From the IMG/VR virus record IMGVR_UViG_3300020045_005404, positions 1 to 48,012 of that record: DNA of 48,012 nucleotides; one strand, written 5' to 3'. Positions 9,166 through 18,708 of the stretch are shown here, piece by piece. Source of the DNA: a virus. Taxonomy: Duplodnaviria; Caudoviricetes. Numbering within the stretch: the first letter of the stretch is position 1; each line of letters opens with the position of its first letter. The notes below the pieces were generated by a model. The model saw only the letters and a program-made list of their open reading frames with translations, made no database searches and had not been told where the DNA came from. Position numbers and translations under genes: made by a program.

Positions 9166-9206
9166 AACTTGCACAATCAAATTTAATTGTTTAATTTCGT
9201 CGGGAT

Positions 9207-9722
9207 ATGGCATTAACAGAAAAGCAAGAACGGTACTGTCAAAACTACGTCATCTCAGGCAACCAAAATACAGCCTACAGGATTGCTTATGATGCCGAGT
9301 CGATGAATAAAAACGTTGTTAACGTTGAGGCTTGCAGACTTCACGCAGACCCTAACATTTCCCTAAGAATTAAGGCTATACAGCAAGAGGCTTACGATAG
9401 GAACAAAATAACTATCGATGAACTCGTTCAAAACCTTGCTGGAATGGCACGTTTTGACATCGGTGACTTATATGATGATGATGGAAAATTACTTCCAATA
9501 AAACAGATGTCTTTATCTGCTCGACAAATGATAACCCAACTTGATACTGATGAAATCATAATGGGAGAAACAAAAATAGGAGAAACTAAAAAAGTTCGAA
9601 CTATTCAAAAACTTGACGCAATCGAAAAGTTAATGAAACATTTCGGTGGCTACGAAAAAGATAACCGTCAAAAAGCCGAAACAAAAACTATTATTTGGAA
9701 CGGTAAGCAAATAGACATATGA
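9207..9722 (+). CDS. terS: Terminase small subunit
   Basis: LTEKQERYCQNY...AYRIAY, KLDAIEKLMKHFG; directly upstream of terL. Confidence 0.88.
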   Translation: MALTEKQERYCQNYVISGNQNTAYRIAYDAESMNKNVVNVEACRLHADPNISLRIKAIQQEAYDRNKITIDELVQNLAGMARFDIGDLYDDDGKLLPIKQMSLSARQMITQLDTDEIIMGETKIGETKKVRTIQKLDAIEKLMKHFGGYEKDNRQKAETKTIIWNGKQIDI

Positions 9723-11095
9723 TTTTAACACCAAAACAAAGCGAAGCGATGGCAGCAGTCGAGAGTGAGAAGTATAACTTCATCACCTTTGGCGGTGCCA
9801 TCCGCTGACGTGGCGGTAAATCATTTTGGGGACTTTCTGCATTACTTGTGCTTTGCTCTGTTTTCCCCCGTTCAAGATGGGCGGTGATTCGAGAGGACAT
9901 GGAGAAAATACGAACTACAACAATACCGACTTTTAAAAAGATTGAGCCAAGTGGCTCTTTGAAACAATCGCCATACGAATACACTCACCCGAATGGATCT
10001 GTTATACTTTTCAAGTCTGAAAACTATTCTGGTGACAAAGACTTAGATTGGATGAAAGGTTTAGAGGTTAATGGTTTTCTTTTCGAAGAAATAAACGAAT
10101 GTCAAAAACAAACGCTTTATAAGGCTTTTGAGCGTGCTGGAAGTTGGATTATACCGAATACCACTAACCAACCGTTCCCGACTATAATGGCAACTTGTAA
10201 TCCGACTTTTGGATGGTTCAAAGAATTAGTTTATGACCGTTGGAAAAAAGAAGAACTTCCTGAAAAGTGGCTTTATATTCCATCAAAGATTACCGATAAC
10301 GTTGATGAAAACGGAAACAGCAATTTGCCTCAGGCTTATATGGACTCTTTGCTTAATCTCCCCCAATTCGAATACATGGTTTTCGTTGAAGGTAATTGGG
10401 ACGTTCAATTAAAGACAGGAGGTGAGTTCTATAAACAATTCGAAATAAACAAACACGTCACCCATACATCATACAATCCTGAATTACCTTTGCATATTTC
10501 ATTTGACGACAACGTAAATCCCTACCTACCTTGTGGGATATTTCAAATAATAGGCAAAGAGTTGTTAATGATTGAAGAAATAGCAGGAGTAACCCCAAAC
10601 AACACGATAAAGTCGGTTTGCAATGAAATTATAAGGAAATATCCGGCTCATAAATCAGGAATGTTTATTTATGGCGATGCAACGGCAAATAAACAAGACA
10701 CGAAAATGGAAAAAGGCCACAATTTCTATACCATAATAATGGATTTATTGAAACAATATAAACCCGTAAATCGCGTTACCCGAAGCAATCCAAGCGTAGT
10801 TATGCGAGGCAATTGGATAAATACCATATTTGAAACGGGATTGGGTGGAATATCAATAAAGATTGGCGAGAACTGCAAAAAAATGATAACCGATTTCGTG
10901 AGCTTGAAAGAATGTGCAGACGGAACTAAGTTTAAGGAAACAGAAAAAGACCCGAAAACTAAGGCTATTCAACAAAAGTTCGGGCATTATGGGGATTTGT
11001 TCGACTATATCATTTGCAGCGCATTTGAGGCAGATTTCAATGAATACGCTAACGGCAAAAAACAATCAACGGCCAGTTGGTCAGGCGCATTCTAA
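9719..11095 (+). CDS. terL: Terminase large subunit, with in-frame TGA at 9806-9808 inside Walker A
   Basis: ATG 9719 overlaps the terS stop; MILTPKQSEA...FGGAIR*RGGKSFW in frame with the 9848 ORF; FLFEEINE Walker B, TCNP, HISFD and HYGD nuclease motifs. Confidence 0.88.
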
Positions 11096-11149
11096 AATAA
11101 TTAACAATCGTAACACTTTTTTTATAACTTTGCCAAAACCGATTTTATT

Positions 11150-12562
11150 ATGGATATTGATTTCCTGTTGCAGAACCTAAGACAGCCTACGGTATTGGTT
11201 CCCGAAATATTCAAGTGCCACGATTCATATTACGACTCCGTAAAGCATGAGAATGAATACAACCCTAAGAAACACAAGGTAAACAATACTGCAATAAGGA
11301 AGGATAAAATAGTTTACTTGCCCCGTGTTGATATGAGTACAGGCGAACCAACAGGCGAAGTTTACTCTTCGACAATTCCTGTTACACGTATCGCTTTGGC
11401 TTACCAGCAATTGCTAACAAATTCCGCAAATGCATTTTTAACAGGCGGTAATATTTCATTGAAGGCAAACCCAAACGGAACGGCAGAACAAGCGGCATAC
11501 GATAAAATAATGCAGATTTGGCAAGACGAGAAGTTGGATTTCGTTAACAATAAAATCGGACATGCTCTGTATTCGGAAACCGAAGTAACTGAGATTTGGT
11601 ACACTAAAAAAGCAGGAACTGAGGTAAAATTGAAATGCAACGTTTATTCACCAAAGGCGGGTTATAAACTTATTCCTATATTCGATGAATACGATGACTT
11701 GATTGCTTTTGCACGCTCATACGCAACGGTAAACAAAAAGTTAACGGTTAATCATCTTGACGTTTACACAGACGACAAACTCACCCGTTATCGCAAAGAA
11801 TATAACGGAGATTGGTTTTTAGTGCCGTTTGCTCCTTTGGCTGATGGCGTAAACCAAGTTGATAGCATTCCACTAATTTACGGCAAGATTCCTGTAATAT
11901 ATTACCAAATCGATAAGCCTATTTGGGAAAACGCACAACCTACAATCGAAAGACAGGAAATATTAAAATCTAATCATTCAGACCAAAACGATTACACGGG
12001 TAGTCCGATGTTATTGGCAACTGGAACTATAAAGGGATTTTCAGCAAAGGGAGAAACAGGGAAAGTGTTGGAAGCAGAAGAAGGCGCAGACCTTAAATTT
12101 GTTTCCGACACCAAAGCACCCGATTCCGTTAAACTGGAAATGGAAAACAACAACAATGATATTTTTGGTATGACAATGCAAGCGGATTTATCTCAGGCGA
12201 GTATGCAGAAGATTTCCGGTCAGCTTTCAGGGCCGATTATGGACAGGATGCTTATTGCACCGCACACATTCGCCAAGAACATGCAGCGTGGCGTTTACGG
12301 ACTTGGCATACAGAGACGATTAAATTTTCTTATTTCGGCAGTTTGCGCTATATATCCCGAATGCAAAGGAGGCGAGAGATTGCGAATTAAAGCAGATTAC
12401 GACCTTTTCAGGATTGGAGGGGACAACGATAAGATTGATATGCTGGTTAAGGCTGTAGATGGCGGAATTATGACCGTATCTGATGCGGTTTATCAGAACC
12501 CTTTAGTTGATGATCCGAAAAAGACAGTTGAGGAATTGGAAAACAAAACCCCTACCGTTTAA
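11150..12562 (+). CDS. Portal protein (SPP1 gp6-like)
   Basis: Follows terL; GKIPVIYY, SNHSDQNDYTGSP motifs; promoter-like TAACTTTG just upstream. Confidence 0.88.
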   Translation: MDIDFLLQNLRQPTVLVPEIFKCHDSYYDSVKHENEYNPKKHKVNNTAIRKDKIVYLPRVDMSTGEPTGEVYSSTIPVTRIALAYQQLLTNSANAFLTGGNISLKANPNGTAEQAAYDKIMQIWQDEKLDFVNNKIGHALYSETEVTEIWYTKKAGTEVKLKCNVYSPKAGYKLIPIFDEYDDLIAFARSYATVNKKLTVNHLDVYTDDKLTRYRKEYNGDWFLVPFAPLADGVNQVDSIPLIYGKIPVIYYQIDKPIWENAQPTIERQEILKSNHSDQNDYTGSPMLLATGTIKGFSAKGETGKVLEAEEGADLKFVSDTKAPDSVKLEMENNNNDIFGMTMQADLSQASMQKISGQLSGPIMDRMLIAPHTFAKNMQRGVYGLGIQRRLNFLISAVCAIYPECKGGERLRIKADYDLFRIGGDNDKIDMLVKAVDGGIMTVSDAVYQNPLVDDPKKTVEELENKTPTV

Positions 12563-12573
12563 AGTAAGGGTTT
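12546..12573. terminator. Probable bidirectional terminator between portal and convergent cassette
   Basis: AAACCCCTAC/GTAAGGGTTT inverted repeat at convergent gene ends. Confidence 0.55.
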
Positions 12574-12658
12574 AATACTGAATTGGTTTCGATGCAATTT
12601 TGCTACCTGCTTTAAGCCGAATCGAACGGCACGAATTCACCTATATTCTATCAGTATT
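12574..12658 (-). ncRNA. Putative T-loop-containing multi-stem RNA
   Basis: Closing stem AATACTGA/TCAGTATT; minus strand has GAAT-ATAGGTGA-ATTC then GCCG-TTCGATT-CGGC. Confidence 0.4.
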
Positions 12659-12661
12659 TTT

Positions 12662-12934
12662 TTATATAATTTTAAGGGCATTCATGATAAACATCAAATC
12701 AATAGTAGTATTTAAAAAGCCCTTGAAATAATTTGAATGGTTAGGTTCTTTTTCATTGTTGTTAAATATGATAAACAATCCATTTTCACAAACTTCTAAA
12801 ATCCAATCAGTTTCTTTATACCTGTATTGGGACATTTCGGAATCTTTGCCCATCAAGAACCAACCAACACTATTATAGGTGGCTACATCCATTTTTATAA
12901 GATTCTGTAAATAGTTATAATTTGTGTTTTCCAC
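12662..12934 (-). CDS. Hypothetical protein (antisense cassette)
   Basis: 90-aa AT-rich ORF. Confidence 0.6.
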   Translation of the reverse strand: MENTNYNYLQNLIKMDVATYNSVGWFLMGKDSEMSQYRYKETDWILEVCENGLFIIFNNNEKEPNHSNYFKGFLNTTIDLMFIMNALKII

Positions 12935-12936
12935 AA

Positions 12937-13137
12937 CTAAACTTTCTTTTTAAAGTTATCAAAATGCCCTACGTAACCGAACCTTCCAAAAAATTTCATA
13001 ACGGTAACGGCTCTGCATAACCCTAAATTTATATTCCTACACTTCAAACTAAATGCGCTTTGCTTCATTTGTGGCGTTATTTGAGTGTATGGTTTATGCA
13101 TTTTCTTAATGTCCGAAATAACTTCCCGATTTGTCAT
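12937..13137 (-). CDS. Small basic hypothetical protein, possibly DNA-binding
   Basis: MTNREVISDIKKMHKPY...; ATG 13137 preferred. Confidence 0.55.
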   Translation of the reverse strand: MTNREVISDIKKMHKPYTQITPQMKQSAFSLKCRNINLGLCRAVTVMKFFGRFGYVGHFDNFKKKV

Positions 13138-13256
13138 TATAATAATATTAAGGGTTTGCGCAAATATAATCAATTATATTATACCGTATTTTATTTTATC
13201 CAATATTTCCAAATTTTCACGTTATTTTTACATCAAACTTTAAACGTTCTAAAATT

Positions 13257-13904
13257 ATGAGTATTGACAAAGCTAAAGTGATAACTCGGATTAAGGCACT
13301 ACACCCTAAGACGAATTTATCAAACGCACGGCTTGACGAGATTTCGGCAAGACTAATCAAGAAACTAAATGATGATGCTGACGACACGGCAATCGATGAA
13401 GCTATTGGAATAGCAGATGACTACAACCCATTTACTGAAATCGCTCGAAACGATGACAAGATTAGGGATTTGGAGGCAAAAGCAAAAAAACCAGCAGATA
13501 AGATTGACGAACCGAAACCCGATCCAATTCCTGACGATGTTTCCCCTGCAATGAGGGCTTATTTAGATAAGCAAAACGAATTGATTGAGAAAATTAACGG
13601 CAAATTGGAAGGCTTCGAGAAAGGGCAGCAACGCAAATCGCTTTCTGAAAGATTCAATTCGGACGAAAGGGTAAAAAACATTCCTGACTTTATGAAGCGT
13701 GGTTATACCCCACAGAACGAAGATGAATTCGAAAAGAACATCACGGACTTATCAAGTGCGTTCACTAAATATGCCGAGGATAATAAACTCAGTATTTTAG
13801 GTAATGATTATCCAAGCGGTAGCGGATCGGGCGAAGTCAAAAAGACAAAAGAGGCATCCCCAGAACAAATTGCGGATGTATTAAAACTAATCCCTAATAA
13901 TTAA
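13257..13904 (+). CDS. Capsid scaffolding protein
   Basis: Charged helical protein with Pro-rich linker, just before the head genes. Confidence 0.75.
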   Translation: MSIDKAKVITRIKALHPKTNLSNARLDEISARLIKKLNDDADDTAIDEAIGIADDYNPFTEIARNDDKIRDLEAKAKKPADKIDEPKPDPIPDDVSPAMRAYLDKQNELIEKINGKLEGFEKGQQRKSLSERFNSDERVKNIPDFMKRGYTPQNEDEFEKNITDLSSAFTKYAEDNKLSILGNDYPSGSGSGEVKKTKEASPEQIADVLKLIPNN

Positions 13905-13907
13905 AAA

Positions 13908-14567
13908 ATGGCATTACAAAATCTAAACAATGCGCCTGTCACTTTTGACGACGGTTTGGATTCGGTAGTTATCAGACACGTGGACAGCACCATTCCGAAT
14001 GGTCGTACGCTCGATACTACAGGATTTACCCCGACAGCGATCAGAAAAGGGCACGTTATCATCAAAGCAAACGGGGCGGGCGGCGAGTACAAGCCTATGC
14101 CTGTAACAGGCGCAAGCGCAATCGCTTCTTTCGGAACGGTTACATCTGGAGCGGGTTACGTTAACAACGGAACATACGCAGCCGTAGCACTCACAGGAGG
14201 CACGGGAACGGGAGCAACAGCAGATATCTCGATCTATAATGGGCGTGTAACCTCGGTTACGCTTGTTGCAAGAGGCACGGGATATGTTGCGGGCGACACA
14301 TTATCGGCAGCAGCCGCAAACATCGGTACAGGCGGTACAGGATTCGCAGTAGTAGTTGCTTCAATTTACGAAGCGGGAGCTTATGCGGCACTTCCAGCAT
14401 CACACACCTACAAAGGTGTTGCGGGTCACTCAATCCTCACGGCTACCAAATCAATCAGCATCGTTGACGGTGGAAATATTAACCCGAGGGTAGCACCTTA
14501 TGACTTCGCCACTATTCAGGCGGCATTCAAAACGGCTGTTCCTACCATCATAGTACAAGAAGATTAA
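13908..14567 (+). CDS. Head decoration/cement protein with internal Gly/Thr-rich GxGY domain
   Basis: Between scaffold and MCP (lambda gpD position); GRTLD..GF, GHVII, YKPMPV. Confidence 0.65.
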   Translation: MALQNLNNAPVTFDDGLDSVVIRHVDSTIPNGRTLDTTGFTPTAIRKGHVIIKANGAGGEYKPMPVTGASAIASFGTVTSGAGYVNNGTYAAVALTGGTGTGATADISIYNGRVTSVTLVARGTGYVAGDTLSAAAANIGTGGTGFAVVVASIYEAGAYAALPASHTYKGVAGHSILTATKSISIVDGGNINPRVAPYDFATIQAAFKTAVPTIIVQED

Positions 14568-14569
14568 TT

Positions 14570-15670
14570 ATGAATCCATCTTTGTTCCTTGCTTTATTGC
14601 AACAGTACTTCCCTGCGCTTACTACAGCGTTTGTGGCAAAATACAATGGGGAAAACTTCCCAAGACCTTACTACTACAGACAGTTTTGCACGCCAAAATT
14701 CTCTGTAGACGGTAAATGGCAGACACTCACCCAAAACAACACGCTTGTTATGGCTGATATAGTCGCTATGGATTCAGAAATCGCATTAAAAAGACGTCCT
14801 ACCTTGGCTCAGGCTACAGGGGATATACCGAAAATGGGAATGCGCAAGACTTTGAACGAAAAAGAATTGACAGACTTGCAGACTTTGGTAGCACGTGCCG
14901 CATTAAACGGTGACGACGCAACAAGGGCGCAAATCGTAGCGGAGTTGTTTCGTGATGTTGACTCTTGTATCGGCGGTGGTTACGAAAGAATTGAATCGAT
15001 GTTCCTTGAAGGGCTTTCTACAGGCGTTGCCGTAGTTCCTGACAGCGAAAACGTTGGTTTGGGTGTCCGTGTTGATTACGGTTATTTAGCCGCAAACACT
15101 TTCTACGCTTCTACAGTTTGGAGCAACGTAGCATCTACACCGTTCACGGATATGCAGCCACTTTTGGATCGTGCAAGCGCAAACGGTGACGTTATCACTA
15201 AAGTATTGGTTGACCGCGTAACGATGAACCGTATCGCAGCCACAAACGAAGGTAAGCAGCTTTGGGCGGCTTCAAACGGATTCGCTGGCGCAAACGTACC
15301 ACGTCCCACTATTGAATCGCTTAACGAAGCGGTACAGTCTGAATACGGATTCACCTTCCAGATTATTGACCGTTCTGTTATCTCAGAGAAAAACGGTACA
15401 CAGGTAGCTCACAAGCCTTGGAAGGAAGGAATGGTAGTTGCGGTTACTACTGACCAATTGGCTACGCTTGCTTACGCTCGTTTGGCAGAGCAAGACCATC
15501 CGAGTATGGCGGCTCAATACCAAACAGCAGATTTATTTATGTTGATTTCAAAATTCAACGTAACAGAGCCGTCTTTGGCAGAGGTAACCAAAATGCAAGC
15601 CCGTGTTGTTCCGATTATCAACAACCCTAACGCTATCTATACGTTGAACTCCGTAGCATTGTCAGCATAA
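14570..15670 (+). CDS. Major capsid protein (lambda gpE-like)
   Basis: 366 aa; ADIVAMDS, GDIPKMG, VDYG, W...STPFTD motifs; position. Confidence 0.88.
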   Translation: MNPSLFLALLQQYFPALTTAFVAKYNGENFPRPYYYRQFCTPKFSVDGKWQTLTQNNTLVMADIVAMDSEIALKRRPTLAQATGDIPKMGMRKTLNEKELTDLQTLVARAALNGDDATRAQIVAELFRDVDSCIGGGYERIESMFLEGLSTGVAVVPDSENVGLGVRVDYGYLAANTFYASTVWSNVASTPFTDMQPLLDRASANGDVITKVLVDRVTMNRIAATNEGKQLWAASNGFAGANVPRPTIESLNEAVQSEYGFTFQIIDRSVISEKNGTQVAHKPWKEGMVVAVTTDQLATLAYARLAEQDHPSMAAQYQTADLFMLISKFNVTEPSLAEVTKMQARVVPIINNPNAIYTLNSVALSA

Positions 15671-15855
15671 TGAAACAGCCTGTTAAGAAAACAAAAGAAA
15701 CGCCAAAGTACACCGTAACGGTTCCGTTCTTTGACGCACCGGAATATCAAAAAGGTGGCGTAATCAATGGTTACGAAGTCGGGGCTGATGTTTCACATTT
15801 GGATTCCGAAAGGCTGAAAAAACTTGTTGAACGTGAAGCGGTAAGCAAATCATAA
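15670..15855 (+). CDS. Small head-associated protein
   Basis: Coupled to the MCP; YEVGADVSH...RLKKLVE pattern. Confidence 0.65.
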   Translation: MKQPVKKTKETPKYTVTVPFFDAPEYQKGGVINGYEVGADVSHLDSERLKKLVEREAVSKS

Positions 15856-16490
15856 TGTACAACGAAACTACAATACAGTCACGTATTGACCGCATAGGAT
15901 GGTCACAGGCAATAGAACCAAGTCCGTTAACGGTGGATGCAGAAAATGCAACTGCCGTTTCGGGACGGTTTTATGACTCCTTCCACGCCCTTAATACGGT
16001 AGAGAATGTTTACGCCTGTATTTCCAACCTTGAAGCGAATGATACGACCGTGAATGAGTTTCTGTACAAAATGAAGCGAGACGCTGTTTTAGAGGTGCTT
16101 AACCGAGTATTCGACCTAAATCCATTGGCTTACCGAGCAACCCAAGAAATAAACGGAAAAACCGTTACTTCTTTGGGTTATGCGATTGAGTATGATGGTG
16201 CTGTTATTTCACACCCTTCACTATTCGACGAGGCAATCGGTTATTCAATGACTATAAAATGCCTGCAATTATTCCTTACAACAAAAAGGAGTAATATCGA
16301 AGAAAGCACTATTTCGCTTTCTTATGACCAGATGAAATTGGAATTGGAAGGAATGGTCAACGAGTACGGTAAGTTGGTTGTGTCGGGAAGCATTCAGAAG
16401 TTTGAAAGCGCAGTCGCTCGGATTATTCAAATCCTGTTCCCTACAACCACATCAAGCACCGCAACCATTAAAGGCGTATCTGTATGGTAG
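15855..16490 (+). CDS. Putative head-tail adaptor
   Basis: Synteny and size. Confidence 0.55.
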   Translation: MYNETTIQSRIDRIGWSQAIEPSPLTVDAENATAVSGRFYDSFHALNTVENVYACISNLEANDTTVNEFLYKMKRDAVLEVLNRVFDLNPLAYRATQEINGKTVTSLGYAIEYDGAVISHPSLFDEAIGYSMTIKCLQLFLTTKRSNIEESTISLSYDQMKLELEGMVNEYGKLVVSGSIQKFESAVARIIQILFPTTTSSTATIKGVSVW

Positions 16491-17011
16491 TGGCAATTGA
16501 CAACCCAATAGGAATCGATGCCGTTATAGCGCAGGTTAAAGCTAAGTTAATGGCATTGGAAACCATATGGGGCGTTACTTTGGATGGTTATCCTCGCTGC
16601 TATCCAATCACGAAGGACAGCAAGAAAACAATAGCACATTTCGTAAAGAACAAGGATTATAAACCTTTGATTTATGCGGAGGGCAATAAATTCTTTTTTA
16701 CAGCTGAAAATGATGCGCAGAAAGTAGGGTACGGTTACGAAACCACAACGATAGAGTTATATTTTATCGTTAATTTGGTCGAATGCAAACCCGACATAAC
16801 ACACCGAGCAGATAACGAGGTTCGTGTCGATGTGAAGAATATATTAGCTGGTATTTCGGGAATTGAAATGACAACGACGGTTATTGAAATCGACCGTGTA
16901 TTTGCTGGTTATGATTCAAAGATTACCGACGATATGCAACCGTATCATGCGTTTAGGATTAATTTGAATGTTTACGAATATCGAATTGACCAACCATATT
17001 GTATAATTTAA
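16484..17011 (+). CDS. Putative tail terminator/completion protein
   Basis: Before the tail tube gene; DMQPYHAFRI motif. Confidence 0.55.
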   Translation: MVVAIDNPIGIDAVIAQVKAKLMALETIWGVTLDGYPRCYPITKDSKKTIAHFVKNKDYKPLIYAEGNKFFFTAENDAQKVGYGYETTTIELYFIVNLVECKPDITHRADNEVRVDVKNILAGISGIEMTTTVIEIDRVFAGYDSKITDDMQPYHAFRINLNVYEYRIDQPYCII

Positions 17012-17030
17012 TTAAAAACAACAAAATAAA

Positions 17031-17972
17031 ATGATAACAACAGGTATAAATTGCCTTACATCAAGATTTGGCACAGGAATGGAAAGTTGCTACCCTGTCG
17101 AGGGATTACCTACGGGATTCTATTTAGTCCCTAAAGGATGGTCTTTGAACAGAACAACGGACTCGTTCAACTCGGCATACGTTGACACTCAAATTCAACT
17201 TGGAAACTTTATTCCATTTTTGGGGGTATTTGAAATGACGGGAACCACACCGGAACCTACAACGGAGGAAAGCCAAAGCGGAATTACTGCGGTAGTTCGT
17301 CAGGGTAAAACCACGTTCAACGCAAAATTCAAAAAAGGACTTCCTTTTCAGGCCGCTGCGTATTCGTACAATAGCAACAACCAATACGATGCTCTTATCG
17401 TTTACGATACGGGTTATGTAAAAGGAGTTATCTCGCCAGACGGTTTGACGCTGAAAGCCGTAACGGTTGGAATGGTAAACACTAACGGATATACCGAGAA
17501 CACGGGCGCAGCGTCTGCGGAAACGAATATGATGTTTCAAGTTGTCGATCCGTTGGAATATAACCAATATGCATTCTTGCTTACCGACTTGGATTTCAAT
17601 CCACAAAGCAAAAACGGGATTACGAATATGTTGTTAAGCACACCGGACAAAGTTCCGGCATCGGACGCTTCGGACAATGCTATTACATTCCCTGTGGTTT
17701 GGAGAGCAAACGAGAAGTTCAGCCCGGGCGCATCTTTGACAGTGGCTAATTTCAAGGTTACGGTAAACGGAACTGACGCAACTATAGACACGGTTGTTTA
17801 TAACAGCACTACAATGAAGTACACCATTGCTTTGGACACTCCCGCCACTGCTGGACAGGTTGTTATCGTATATCTTTGGGACACGGTAAACAACAGGGAA
17901 GTCGCAAGGGTTGGTGTTACTAATCCTAAGTTCTATCAAGGACAGACACCATCGGTAACGACGGTAGCTTAA
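17031..17972 (+). CDS. Major tail tube protein with probable C-terminal Ig-like domain
   Basis: Beta-rich 313 aa, followed by a terminator and then chaperone/tape measure genes. Confidence 0.75.
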   Translation: MITTGINCLTSRFGTGMESCYPVEGLPTGFYLVPKGWSLNRTTDSFNSAYVDTQIQLGNFIPFLGVFEMTGTTPEPTTEESQSGITAVVRQGKTTFNAKFKKGLPFQAAAYSYNSNNQYDALIVYDTGYVKGVISPDGLTLKAVTVGMVNTNGYTENTGAASAETNMMFQVVDPLEYNQYAFLLTDLDFNPQSKNGITNMLLSTPDKVPASDASDNAITFPVVWRANEKFSPGASLTVANFKVTVNGTDATIDTVVYNSTTMKYTIALDTPATAGQVVIVYLWDTVNNREVARVGVTNPKFYQGQTPSVTTVA

Positions 17973-18003
17973 AAGAAGCATAGTTAATTTTAAATTGGGA
18001 GAG

Positions 18004-18031
18004 AGCCACCGCATAATGTGGTGGCTTTTTT
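18004..18031 (+). terminator. Intrinsic terminator, followed by a TATCTTTG promoter
   Basis: AGCCACCGCAT/ATGTGGTGGCT plus T tract. Confidence 0.8.
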
Positions 18032-18059
18032 ATTATCTTTGAAACACATAAAAAATATT

Positions 18060-18380
18060 ATGATACAATTATTGTCAGGAATTCAGATTGACGGTGAAAC
18101 CGCTAAAAAATATTGCGCTAAATCAACTGCGGACAAAGTAGCTTTTTTAGTTAAGTTCTCGAAAGTAGATGAAAAAACAGCACAGGCATTTGTAGAAAAG
18201 CCTTTAATACACATGGACGGAAAGGCTTGCTGCGGAGGTCACAAACATCAAACAAATGTCGCCAACACAATTCTCAAAGAAACTGCAAGCCCTGATACAA
18301 TCGGGGAAAGTGAAACAGTACGTAACGCAAATGACGTTAAGGGACGAGGGGCAGCTAATAAGAAGAATCAAGGAAAATGA
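18060..18380 (+). CDS. Hypothetical protein
   Basis: ATG 18060 lies after the promoter; GTG 18018 lies inside the terminator. Confidence 0.6.
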   Translation: MIQLLSGIQIDGETAKKYCAKSTADKVAFLVKFSKVDEKTAQAFVEKPLIHMDGKACCGGHKHQTNVANTILKETASPDTIGESETVRNANDVKGRGAANKKNQGK

Positions 18381-18708
18381 ATTTGAGTTTGGGCAGCGTC
18401 CGAACCGAAGCAAGATAGGACGTTACGCAAGCACAGACTATGCGCACAGGAAGCACATGATGAATCCTTTGGCGGGGAAGGGTAATGTAGATTTGACGCT
18501 AACGGGAGCTACAAATAGAAGTTTATTTGTAAAACAAACGTCAACGGGGTTTATCTTTGATGCCAATACCGAACAATGGGGGTTGAATATAAAGCGTTAC
18601 GGTTCGGATATCGCAACCATAAACCAAAAATCATTTAACAAAGTGCAAGCCGGGCGTGACGCACCCAAATTAGCAAGATATATCAATGAGCAACTCGGAA
18701 TCCAATAG
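18256..18708 (+). CDS. Putative virion morphogenesis (neck/tail completion-like) protein
   Basis: Basic; YA.RK..MNP...VDLTLTG motif. Confidence 0.6.
   Translation: MSPTQFSKKLQALIQSGKVKQYVTQMTLRDEGQLIRRIKENEFEFGQRPNRSKIGRYASTDYAHRKHMMNPLAGKGNVDLTLTGATNRSLFVKQTSTGFIFDANTEQWGLNIKRYGSDIATINQKSFNKVQAGRDAPKLARYINEQLGIQ

Noticed and set aside
9806-9808. Genome-wide TGA reassignment
   Set aside because: TGA ends many tightly coupled genes (terS, helicase, tape measure) and I saw no other interrupted gene
9848-11095. terL starting at GTG 9848
   Set aside because: It would lack the Walker A motif and the upstream adenine-binding Q motif
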